IMG/VR virus record: IMGVR_UViG_3300027833_000016
Strand: one strand, 5' to 3'
Source: a virus
Length of the DNA: 64,000 nt
Part shown: one piece after another, positions 48,036 through 56,730 of the stretch
Position numbering within the stretch: position 1 is the first letter of the stretch
Layout: each line of letters opens with the position of its first letter
Program-made: the position numbers and the translations under genes
Notes under the pieces: model-generated
Database searches by the model: none
What the model was told of the DNA's origin: nothing
What the model saw: only the letters and a program-made list of their open reading frames with translations

Positions 48036-48727
48036 GTTATATGCAAGACATACCAATTAAAAACAGAGAACTGTTGCAGAGATTAGACGCATACAGAGAC
48101 TTTCTCTTGGATGATAAAGAACAGTTCCAGAAGGACTTCCATCTTTCGTGTTCACAAGAGGCAAGTCAACGTCACTTCTGGGCAGGTAAAGATCATCTAG
48201 AAGAGATCCAAGCACAGGGAAGCAGACACGAAGGTTTCCCCGATAAGATGTATGGATATGAGATGAGTATTGGTCGCAAAGACCATGAGTTCTTTGAGGG
48301 AGACACCCATCCATCTATACGAACTAAACGAACGGCAGACATTGCCTTTATGAACAAAGATATTATGCAATGGTTGGGCACTCGTTGTAATGCTCTTACT
48401 GCATGGTATCCTCCCGGTGGTTTCATCTCTTGGCACAACAATGCTAACGCGGCCGCATACAATCTAATATTCTCATGGTCTGAAACTGGAGACGGACAAT
48501 TTGAGTATGTAGATCCTGTATCGAAAGAAATTGTCGTTATGAAGGATAAGCAGGGTTGGAACTGTAAGGCGGCATACTTTGGTCACTATGGTGAACCAGA
48601 GAACCTATTCTATCATGCGGCAAAGACCGACTGTTGGAGATGCACAGTATCATTCACATTTGATATCTCACAAGCATCTGTAGACTACAGAGACGATTTA
48701 ATAGAAGAAATCACCTCAGAAATCTAA
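48032..48727 (+). CDS. 2OG-Fe(II) oxygenase-like (DSBH) protein
   Basis: WYPPGGFISWHNNAN, distal FYHAA and R.TVSF motifs. Confidence 0.65.
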   Translation: MSYMQDIPIKNRELLQRLDAYRDFLLDDKEQFQKDFHLSCSQEASQRHFWAGKDHLEEIQAQGSRHEGFPDKMYGYEMSIGRKDHEFFEGDTHPSIRTKRTADIAFMNKDIMQWLGTRCNALTAWYPPGGFISWHNNANAAAYNLIFSWSETGDGQFEYVDPVSKEIVVMKDKQGWNCKAAYFGHYGEPENLFYHAAKTDCWRCTVSFTFDISQASVDYRDDLIEEITSEI

Positions 48728-48755
48728 GTTTGTTGGAACTCCAGTTTCCAAAACA

Positions 48756-48763
48756 TATAAATA
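48756..48763 (+). promoter_or_regulatory. late promoter TATAAATA
   Basis: Exact consensus upstream of 48800. Confidence 0.75.
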
Positions 48764-48799
48764 AAACCATACACATATAATAAGGTTTGAGAGACTGGA

Positions 48800-49159
48800 A
48801 TGGCAGATTACGAAGATTTTACTATCGACCAAGGTGCGGATGTAGCAATTGAACTACACCTGCAAGAACAGGATGGTTCTGTTAAGAACCTCACTGGTCA
48901 CACACTTGCGGCAAAGATGAAGCGGAGTTATAACTCTGTGGACTCTGATGAAATAGTATCCTTTACAGCAACTATCGCAGATCCCGCTTCTGATGGGATA
49001 GGCATCTTGGCACTCACAAATACTCAATCTGGCGCATTAAACGCAAGACTTAGATATGTCTATGACGTAGAACTGTCCTTTATAGACAGCGGATCTAACA
49101 CAATCATCGAACGAATACTGGAAGGAAAGATTAAAGTCAATCCTTCGGTAACAAGGTAA
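48800..49159 (+). CDS. small virion adaptor protein (BppU N-domain-like)
   Basis: IDQGAD, LTG....AKMKRSY, RYVYDVEL and RILEG.I.V.PSVT motifs. Confidence 0.6.
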   Translation: MADYEDFTIDQGADVAIELHLQEQDGSVKNLTGHTLAAKMKRSYNSVDSDEIVSFTATIADPASDGIGILALTNTQSGALNARLRYVYDVELSFIDSGSNTIIERILEGKIKVNPSVTR

Positions 49160-49164
49160 CCAAT

Positions 49165-49389
49165 ATGGCAACTACTGTATCCCTTCGGGGCAAGACTAAA
49201 GTAAAGAGAGTCATAGTAGGGAAACCTGTTAGACGTGTTATTGAAGCAGGTAATAGCATCAACGCGATAACTGGTGTTAACACAGATGGTGCAGTTGAAG
49301 GATCAATATTGGTTTATAATGCATCAACTACAGCATGGGAAGCAACGACAACTTTAGATCAACAAGAACTTAACGGAGGCCAATACTAA
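49165..49389 (+). CDS. small structural protein
   Basis: GSILVYNA....W; C-terminal LNGGQY. Confidence 0.7.
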   Translation: MATTVSLRGKTKVKRVIVGKPVRRVIEAGNSINAITGVNTDGAVEGSILVYNASTTAWEATTTLDQQELNGGQY

Positions 49390-51164
49390 TGGCATCATTA
49401 CTAAGAATTAAAAGAAGTGCGACTTCGGGAAATCCGTCTGCACTTGGTCAAGGTGAATTAGCATATTCATACTTGGCAGACAACGGAAGCAATGGTGGTG
49501 ATAGACTATACATTGGTACTGGCAGTGAAATCGCAGGTAATGCGGTCAATCACGAAATCATTGGTGGTAAGTATTTCACAGCGAAACTGGATCATGCATT
49601 AGGTACACTGACCCCGAACAGTGCTATCCTAGTAGACGCAAACAGTAAGATTGATATACTTAACGTTGATAACCTAACTCTCAACGGCAACACGATTAGT
49701 ACTACCGATACAAACGGTAACCTAATAGTATCTCCTCATGGGTCAGGTGTTGTATCTGTAGCAGGGAGCAGAATTTCCCACCTACTTACTCCAACCGCAG
49801 ATTCCGATGCAACAACTAAAGCATATGTTGATGGTAAGTTTGCCGCAGTTGATGTCGTATTCTCTCTAGCAGGTGATGGTGGTACAGACACATTCAACGC
49901 AGGTACAGGAACATTAACGTTCGATGGTGGAACTGGTCTTACTAGTGCCGTCACAGACGATCAAGTATCTTATGCACTAGACAATACTGCCGTAACCGCA
50001 GGGTCATATGGATCAGCAAGTGCTATTCCTACCTTCACAGTAGACGCACAAGGTCGATTGACTGCCGCAGGTACCGCAAGTATCTCTACTGAGTTGACTG
50101 TTAACGGTGCCCCAATCTCATTAGCAGACTCCGCATTATCCTTTGCCGCATCTGGTAATGGTATTGCGATGGGTTTCAACCATGCTACTAACACAGTAAC
50201 ATACACAACCTCCGATGCTACTACATCTGGCAAGGGTGTTGCACAGTTCCTAGATTCTGACTTTGCAGTCGCTTCTGGTATTGTTAGTCTCAAGGGTAAT
50301 GTGTTATCTCATGTAACCACTGATACTGGTGCCATGACTCTACCTAACCATAGTATCTCTATACTTGGTGGTGAGGGCATGAATGTCACTCACGCAGATC
50401 AAAGTATTGCGATCACTGGTGAAGACGCTACTACAACCAACAAAGGTATTGCATCTTTTGCTTCGGCAGACTTTGATGTATCCTCTGGTGCAGTTAGTCT
50501 TAAAGCAGGTTCGGTTGCTAACGGTGACCTCGCGAATGACGGTATTACTATTGGTGATACTGATACTTCTTTGGGTGGAACAGTTACAGATCTTACTGGT
50601 CTGACTGGCGCAACTATTGACACTATCCGTATTAACGGAAACACCATTAGCACAAACGGTTCTACTAATGAGTTGATCTTAGATCCATTAGGTGGTGACA
50701 GTGTTACTGGTAAGGTTGTCATTCTTGGTGACCTCCAAGTCAACGGTACACAAACTATAATTAACTCAGTCAATATGTCGGTTAACGATAAGACATTGAC
50801 TCTGGCAGACAGTGCCGCAGACGCAGCCGCGGCAAACGGTGCAGGTATCGTAATCGCAGGGGCAAGTGCTAACCTAGTATATGCCGCATCTGGTGATAAG
50901 TGGACTGCCAACAAAACGTTTGATGCACCTGAGATCATGCGTAACGGTGTTGCACTAGAAGAGTATATTGAAGACATCATGGGTGCATCTATTGCAGTCG
51001 GTGAAGGTCTTGACTTTGCTTACAATGATACCGCAGGTACACATACATTCACTGCGGAGATAGCAACAATTACAAACAAAGGTGTTGCGTCATATGATAG
51101 TGACGTATTTACTGTAACATCTGGTGCGGTAACTGTAACCTCACTTGATGGCGGTACATACTAA
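49389..51164 (+). CDS. tail fibre / structural protein with Mtd_N-like N-terminus
   Basis: IKRS....P..L.QGELAY, VTAGSYGS...IPTFTVDAQGRLT, AT.TNKG.A.F repeats; C-terminal LDGGTY. Confidence 0.7.
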   Translation: MASLLRIKRSATSGNPSALGQGELAYSYLADNGSNGGDRLYIGTGSEIAGNAVNHEIIGGKYFTAKLDHALGTLTPNSAILVDANSKIDILNVDNLTLNGNTISTTDTNGNLIVSPHGSGVVSVAGSRISHLLTPTADSDATTKAYVDGKFAAVDVVFSLAGDGGTDTFNAGTGTLTFDGGTGLTSAVTDDQVSYALDNTAVTAGSYGSASAIPTFTVDAQGRLTAAGTASISTELTVNGAPISLADSALSFAASGNGIAMGFNHATNTVTYTTSDATTSGKGVAQFLDSDFAVASGIVSLKGNVLSHVTTDTGAMTLPNHSISILGGEGMNVTHADQSIAITGEDATTTNKGIASFASADFDVSSGAVSLKAGSVANGDLANDGITIGDTDTSLGGTVTDLTGLTGATIDTIRINGNTISTNGSTNELILDPLGGDSVTGKVVILGDLQVNGTQTIINSVNMSVNDKTLTLADSAADAAAANGAGIVIAGASANLVYAASGDKWTANKTFDAPEIMRNGVALEEYIEDIMGASIAVGEGLDFAYNDTAGTHTFTAEIATITNKGVASYDSDVFTVTSGAVTVTSLDGGTY

Positions 51165-51175
51165 GAAACAATAAT

Positions 51176-51193
51176 CCCCCTTATATAAGGGGG
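51176..51193. other. perfect 18-bp intergenic palindrome
   Basis: CCCCCTTATATAAGGGGG between two fibre genes; no U-tract follows. Confidence 0.7.
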
Positions 51194-51211
51194 TTAATAT
51201 AAAGGTGACAT

Positions 51212-52987
51212 ATGTCTACGACTTTACTTAAAGTCAAAAGAAGTGCGGTAAAGGGCAAGACTCCTGCCGTTGGTAATGTTGAACTTGGCGAGATCGCAAT
51301 CAACACCAATGATGGAAGACTGTTCTTTAAGAGAACTGACTCCGCAGGAAACAACTCGATTAAGACACTCACAGAGATTGTTGGTGGTACTGGTATTACT
51401 AATACCGCAGGTACTCTATCAATAACTAACTCTGGTGTGACTGCCGCAACCTATGGATCTTCCACACAAGTTCCTGTATTCTCCGTTAATGCACAGGGTC
51501 AGATTGACTCTGCTACTTATCGTACAGTTGCAGGTGTGAGTGGTGTCACCTTTGATTCGTCCGAAGCAACAATAAATGTATCTACCGCAGACGGTGGATC
51601 TTTCAATGCTCGTATTGGACTAACGTCATTCTCTACCTCAGATCTATCCGAAGGTACTAATCTATACTATACTACTGCTCGTGCAGACTCCGATGCAAAG
51701 AATGCGATTGGTGTCTCTGGTGCAGGACTTTCATACAATGCATCTAATGGCACGATAACAATTGCTGAGACTACCTATGGTGGTTTCGACTCAGACTTCA
51801 CAGAGAAGTCAACCTCAGATCTATCCGAAGGAACCAACCTTTACCATACCACTGCAAGAGCAAGGGCGGCAATTAGCGTCACTGATGCCGCAGGAGACGG
51901 TACTCTTGCATATAACGCAAGTACTGGTGTAATTACATACAACGGTATTACAGACGCACAGGTTCGTGGTAAGTTATCTGGTGGAACTGGTATCACATAT
52001 AATAGTGGTACAGGTGCTATAACTACGACTGATGGGGATATCGTTCACGATAACCTAAGTGGATTCGTAGCAAACGAACACATTGATCACACTAGTGTAT
52101 CAGTAACCGCAGGTACAGGTTTGACAGGTGGTGGTACTATTGCCGCGACTCGAACTCTGAATGTAATCGGTGGCAAGGGTATCATTGCAAACGCAAACGA
52201 TATCCAAGTTGACTCTGGTAACATTAAGGGAATGTTCTCTGGTGGTACTGGTGTTACATACAGTAACGGTGCAATCAGTATTGGTCAGGCAGTCGCAACT
52301 ACGGATGACGTAGTATTCAATGACTTGGTTGTATCTGGTAACTTAACAATCACTGGTTCACTGACAGACATTGCAACTACTAATCTGACAGTAACCGATA
52401 AGAACATTGTCATTGCAGACAGTGCTACTACTAGTGCATTGACAGACGGAGCAGGTATAACATTCGGTGCTTGGAGTTCGGGTACTAAACCTCTACTCAA
52501 GTGGGATCACGGTAATACTCGTTTTGATTTTAACAAACCATTAGCGGCATCTAGTTTTGCAGGTAATATTACAGGTAACGTAACTGGTACAGTATCAGAT
52601 ATATCTAACCACACTACTGCTGATCTAAGCGAGAACACTAACCTCTACCACACTACTGCAAGAGCAAGAGGTGCCATAAGCGGCACAACTTCTGGCACTG
52701 GGTTTGGTGGACTATCGTATAACAGTACTAGTGGTGCAATGACCTATGCAAAGGTCACAACTGCCAATATACGAAATCAGATTAATGTGGCAGGTGACCT
52801 CGCATATGATAGTGCGTCTGGTCAGTTGTCATTCAGTGAGACATACTCAAGTGCCGCAGAACTACTGACCGCACTAAAGACAGTTGATACAAACTCAAGT
52901 GGACTGAACGCAGATACACTTGATGGAGAACAGGGATCACATTACAGAATTAATGTCTACAATTCCAGTGGATCATTATTAAACTAA
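51212..52987 (+). CDS. tail fibre / structural protein with Mtd_N-like N-terminus
   Basis: KRSAV.GK.P....ELGE.AINT.DG; STSDLSEGTNLY.TTARA repeats; C-terminal RINVYNSSGSLLN. Confidence 0.7.
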   Translation: MSTTLLKVKRSAVKGKTPAVGNVELGEIAINTNDGRLFFKRTDSAGNNSIKTLTEIVGGTGITNTAGTLSITNSGVTAATYGSSTQVPVFSVNAQGQIDSATYRTVAGVSGVTFDSSEATINVSTADGGSFNARIGLTSFSTSDLSEGTNLYYTTARADSDAKNAIGVSGAGLSYNASNGTITIAETTYGGFDSDFTEKSTSDLSEGTNLYHTTARARAAISVTDAAGDGTLAYNASTGVITYNGITDAQVRGKLSGGTGITYNSGTGAITTTDGDIVHDNLSGFVANEHIDHTSVSVTAGTGLTGGGTIAATRTLNVIGGKGIIANANDIQVDSGNIKGMFSGGTGVTYSNGAISIGQAVATTDDVVFNDLVVSGNLTITGSLTDIATTNLTVTDKNIVIADSATTSALTDGAGITFGAWSSGTKPLLKWDHGNTRFDFNKPLAASSFAGNITGNVTGTVSDISNHTTADLSENTNLYHTTARARGAISGTTSGTGFGGLSYNSTSGAMTYAKVTTANIRNQINVAGDLAYDSASGQLSFSETYSSAAELLTALKTVDTNSSGLNADTLDGEQGSHYRINVYNSSGSLLN

Positions 52988-52997
52988 GGTAAAGAAC

Positions 52998-53759
52998 ATG
53001 GCATCACCAGACACTAGAGACGAACTAATCGACTACTGCTTTCGATCATTGGGTGCGCCCGTACTCGAAATCAACGTGGCAGACGAACAAGTCGAAGATC
53101 GCGTAGACGAAGCATTACAGTGGTTCCGTGAAATGCATCCTGATGGAAAGAGACGATTCTACATTAAGCACCAGATCACACAGGCAAACCTTGACAACAA
53201 ATACATCGACCTAACCGAAGATGTGATATCTGTTATCCGTATGTTCCGTGTTAACAGTGCCCACGCGTCTACTAACTTCTTTGACATCAAATATCAAATG
53301 CGAGTGAATGATATACATATGTTAGGATCTGCTACCGCAGACCTTGGTTACTACGAACAAATGGAACAACATCTATCATTACTTGATATGAAACTAAGTG
53401 GGGAACCACAGATCACCTTTGATAGACAAGCAGACCGTGTACATATTCATCACGATATGTCAGAGTTCCTTCTTGGTAACTATGTGATACTAGAAGTCTA
53501 TGGTGATCGAGATCCCGGAGTTGCCGCGAACTCTCCCTTGAATTCTTTATGGAATCATAAGTTTCTCAAAGCATACACTATTGCATTGATCAAGAGACAG
53601 TGGGGACAGAATATGTCTAAGTTCGAAGGTATGCAACTTCCCGGTGGTGTTGTTATCAACGGCAGACAGATATACGATGATGCCTCGGCAGAGATCGAAC
53701 AATTAATGGTCAAGTTTAGAGAAGAAGAAGACGTTGGCCCAATGTTCTTCATAGGATAA
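52998..53759 (+). CDS. gp13: neck protein gp13
   Basis: LIDYC.R.LGAPVLEINV..EQ.EDR.DEA and KRQWGQN.SKFEGMQLPGGV..NG motifs. Confidence 0.93.
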   Translation: MASPDTRDELIDYCFRSLGAPVLEINVADEQVEDRVDEALQWFREMHPDGKRRFYIKHQITQANLDNKYIDLTEDVISVIRMFRVNSAHASTNFFDIKYQMRVNDIHMLGSATADLGYYEQMEQHLSLLDMKLSGEPQITFDRQADRVHIHHDMSEFLLGNYVILEVYGDRDPGVAANSPLNSLWNHKFLKAYTIALIKRQWGQNMSKFEGMQLPGGVVINGRQIYDDASAEIEQLMVKFREEEDVGPMFFIG

Positions 53760-53763
53760 ATTA

Positions 53764-55521
53764 ATGGCAACTAACCCTTGGGTATCATCTGGTGGATTCC
53801 GTCCTGAACAGAACTTGTATGAAGATCTCGTAATTGAGTCTTTAAAGTTCTATGGTCAGGATGTCTATTATTTACCTCGTGAACTAGTCAATGTAGATAA
53901 AGTCTTCATGGACGATGTGCCGTCACACTTTAGTGATGCGTATAAGATAGAGATGTATGTTGAGAACGTTGATGGGTTTGGGGGTGAGGGAGATCTCTTC
54001 TCTAAGTTCGGTGTTGAACTTCGTGACCAAGCAACCTTCGTTACTGCTCGTAGACGTTGGAAGTCTCTGATCGGTGACAAACTAGATTCATATAACTTCC
54101 GTCCTAGAGAGGGTGATGTAATATACATTCCATTCTCTAAGTCTATGTTCGAGATCTTTAAGGTCGAGACAGAAACTCCGTTCTATCAATTGAACCAGTT
54201 ACCTACCTTCCGACTACAATGTGAGTTGTTCGAATACAATGACGAAGACTTTGATGTTGGTATCGATGAGATCGATGACATTGAACTAGAAGGTGCCTAT
54301 CAGTACAAACTGAATATGGCAAGTGCTGTGAATGCTAATGCCACTGCCTCATCATTAATAGATGATAACGGTAGAGTATATGGATTAACTCTGGAAAATC
54401 GTGGTATTGGTTATAACACTGCTCCTACTGTTACAATAGCATCTCCACCCGGAAACAACAAGAAGTTTGGTACAGGTTCTTTGGACGTAACCAAAGGTCG
54501 TGGTGTTGAAGCATCATACACACAGACCCACGTCAATGGTAGTGTCGAAGCATGGGTGTATATAAATACATTACCTGCTTCAGGTACCCAAGCAATCTTC
54601 TTTGAGACTGGTGGTAGTGGTCAAGATGACAAGACATACTTCTGGGGTGTTGGTAGCACAGGACAGTTAGTATACTCTCGTGGTAATAATAACGGTGGTG
54701 GTATTGATACACTCACCAATAATGATATCTTGTTTGAAGCAGGAACGTGGCACCATATTCTTATTGGAGCATCTGGCACAAACAACCTAGTAATCTACTT
54801 TGACTTTGTTAAGAAGTACGATGCCAATGTCGCAGGTGTTACTTGGAATTGGGTATCTGCTAATGGATTCTCGGTGGGTGCCGATGCCGCACGAACAGTC
54901 GATGGTGTTGATTGGAAAGCACTACAAGGTTTCGTTGATGAGTATCGAGTAAGAGTTGGTACCAAGGCACAGATCATCGAAACACGATATGACTCCGCAG
55001 GTACTACTAATCTGGCAACTCAGACTGCCGCATGGACATCTGATAGTGCAACTGCATACCTCAATAACTTTGATCCTATCGGTGCTACTGGATCCTCTGT
55101 TTTAGATTCGTCTGGTACGGTCAATTCTATACTACAGATCGAGCAAGGTTTATATTATGATGTTGCCCCTGCCGTAACTATTTCTCCTCCATACACTGGT
55201 GGACAATACAAACGTGGTGAAATAGTAACTCAGACTAATAGTTCTTATACGATCAAGGGAGAAGTTGTTGCTTGGTCAGATAGTGATAATACCCTATACC
55301 TTGCACACGTTGGTGCGACAGACGGCAAATTACACACCTTCTCGAAGACCCAACAAGTGATTGGTGCGAGTGCGGCATACGCACCGACTTTGGTATCTGA
55401 ACTGATGGAAATCAACGTTTCTCCTACATTAGGTGGAACTACACAGAATAATTTCTTTGATGACTTTGAATCAGACTTCTTAGACTTCTCTGAAGGTAAC
55501 CCATTCGGAGACATGGAATAA
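53764..55521 (+). CDS. gp14: neck protein gp14 with inserted LamG-like domain
   Basis: EQNLYEDL.IES.K.YGQDVYYLPR, RPREGD.IY.P, PFYQL and C-terminal DFSEGNPFG motifs. Confidence 0.88.
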   Translation: MATNPWVSSGGFRPEQNLYEDLVIESLKFYGQDVYYLPRELVNVDKVFMDDVPSHFSDAYKIEMYVENVDGFGGEGDLFSKFGVELRDQATFVTARRRWKSLIGDKLDSYNFRPREGDVIYIPFSKSMFEIFKVETETPFYQLNQLPTFRLQCELFEYNDEDFDVGIDEIDDIELEGAYQYKLNMASAVNANATASSLIDDNGRVYGLTLENRGIGYNTAPTVTIASPPGNNKKFGTGSLDVTKGRGVEASYTQTHVNGSVEAWVYINTLPASGTQAIFFETGGSGQDDKTYFWGVGSTGQLVYSRGNNNGGGIDTLTNNDILFEAGTWHHILIGASGTNNLVIYFDFVKKYDANVAGVTWNWVSANGFSVGADAARTVDGVDWKALQGFVDEYRVRVGTKAQIIETRYDSAGTTNLATQTAAWTSDSATAYLNNFDPIGATGSSVLDSSGTVNSILQIEQGLYYDVAPAVTISPPYTGGQYKRGEIVTQTNSSYTIKGEVVAWSDSDNTLYLAHVGATDGKLHTFSKTQQVIGASAAYAPTLVSELMEINVSPTLGGTTQNNFFDDFESDFLDFSEGNPFGDME

Positions 55522-56297
55522 TGTTTGGAACACACTTCTATCACAAACGAGTCAGGACTGCCGTATCGGTATTCGGTTCTTTGTTCAATAACATATATGT
55601 TTTGAGAACAAATAAAGACGGAGAAGTTATCTCCCAAGTTAAGTGTCCTCTGTCATATGCACCCAAGAGATCTTTCATACAAAGACTCGAAGAGATGAGA
55701 TCTGGCGAAGAGTCAGAACGTAGGGTCGCAATGAAGTTACCTCGTATGTCATTTGAGATTACCTCTATGTCATATGATGCCCAAAGACAATTACCTAAGA
55801 CTAATAATTTCTCTACCGCAGTAGCAGGTAGTACTACGCAACGCGCTCAGTTCTTTACCTCCGTACCATATGATATGACATTCGATGTCAACATCTATGC
55901 TAAGAGTCAGGATGATGCATTGCAAATGGTTGAGCAGATCTTACCTTACTTTAACCCACAGTACACAGTGACGGTTAAACCATTCTCTGCCGACTACCCA
56001 GAGATCAAAGAAGATATCCCTGTAACGTTACAGTCAGTATCTTTCTCGGATGACTTCGAAGGATCGGTAGGTGACCGTAGAACAATCATCTACACACTTG
56101 CGTTTGGCATGAAGATATCCTTCATGGGGCCACAGACCAATAAGAGCATTATTCGTGAAGTTAACAATAACCTATATAATATAGGAGCAGACAGTGATGT
56201 CTTCCTTACGCGCTTGCAGACTACGCCCACACCTAATGGGATATCTGTTGATAGCGACTATGGGTTTAATTTAACATACCTTGACAGTGCTAGTTGA
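55521..56297 (+). CDS. gp15: tail sheath stabiliser / terminator gp15
   Basis: FYH...R..V..FG.LFNNI, P.SYAPK, LPRMSFE and QMVEQILPYFNP motifs. Confidence 0.93.
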   Translation: MFGTHFYHKRVRTAVSVFGSLFNNIYVLRTNKDGEVISQVKCPLSYAPKRSFIQRLEEMRSGEESERRVAMKLPRMSFEITSMSYDAQRQLPKTNNFSTAVAGSTTQRAQFFTSVPYDMTFDVNIYAKSQDDALQMVEQILPYFNPQYTVTVKPFSADYPEIKEDIPVTLQSVSFSDDFEGSVGDRRTIIYTLAFGMKISFMGPQTNKSIIREVNNNLYNIGADSDVFLTRLQTTPTPNGISVDSDYGFNLTYLDSAS

Positions 56298-56386
56298 TGA
56301 CCGTTAAGAACTATGCTCGTTACCTAAGATACAAGTATGGTTATAGACAGTCTAGAAAAGGTACATTGGTAAATATATTAGTATGA
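56297..56386 (+). CDS. 29-aa basic micro-ORF between gp15 and gp16
   Basis: TGATG overlap with the gp15 stop and ATGA overlap with the gp16 start; MTVKNYARYLRYKYGYRQSRKGTLVNILV. Confidence 0.4.
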   Translation: MTVKNYARYLRYKYGYRQSRKGTLVNILV

Positions 56387-56730
56387 CAGAAGAAGAAAAG
56401 ATTGCACAAGACTATGAACAGTCCAGAGATACTTACTACGACCTTATAGAGAAGGGACGTGAGTCTTTGGAGTTGATGATCGAGGTCGCTCGTGAGAGTG
56501 AACATCCTCGTGCCTTTGAGGTTCTGTCTGGTATGATTAAGAACATATCTGATGTCAACGACAAGTTGATGGATCTCAATAAGAAGCACAAAGAGATCAA
56601 CAAGGCAGACCTACCTGCTCTTCCGCAAGGAGGAACAACCAACAATAACGTATTCCTTGGATCAACTACTGAACTTCAACGTTTTCTACAGAATGAAAAG
56701 AATGTGATCCCCCATGACGATACAGACTAA
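56383..56730 (+). CDS. gp16: terminase small subunit gp16
   Basis: DYE.SR..YY.LIEKG, ESEHPRAFEV and NNVFLGSTTELQ motifs. Confidence 0.93.
   Translation: MTEEEKIAQDYEQSRDTYYDLIEKGRESLELMIEVARESEHPRAFEVLSGMIKNISDVNDKLMDLNKKHKEINKADLPALPQGGTTNNNVFLGSTTELQRFLQNEKNVIPHDDTD

Noticed and set aside
54561-54568. TATAAATA inside gp14
   Set aside because: It lies mid-CDS (encoding Y-I-N), about 950 nt from the next start, and is plausible by chance.
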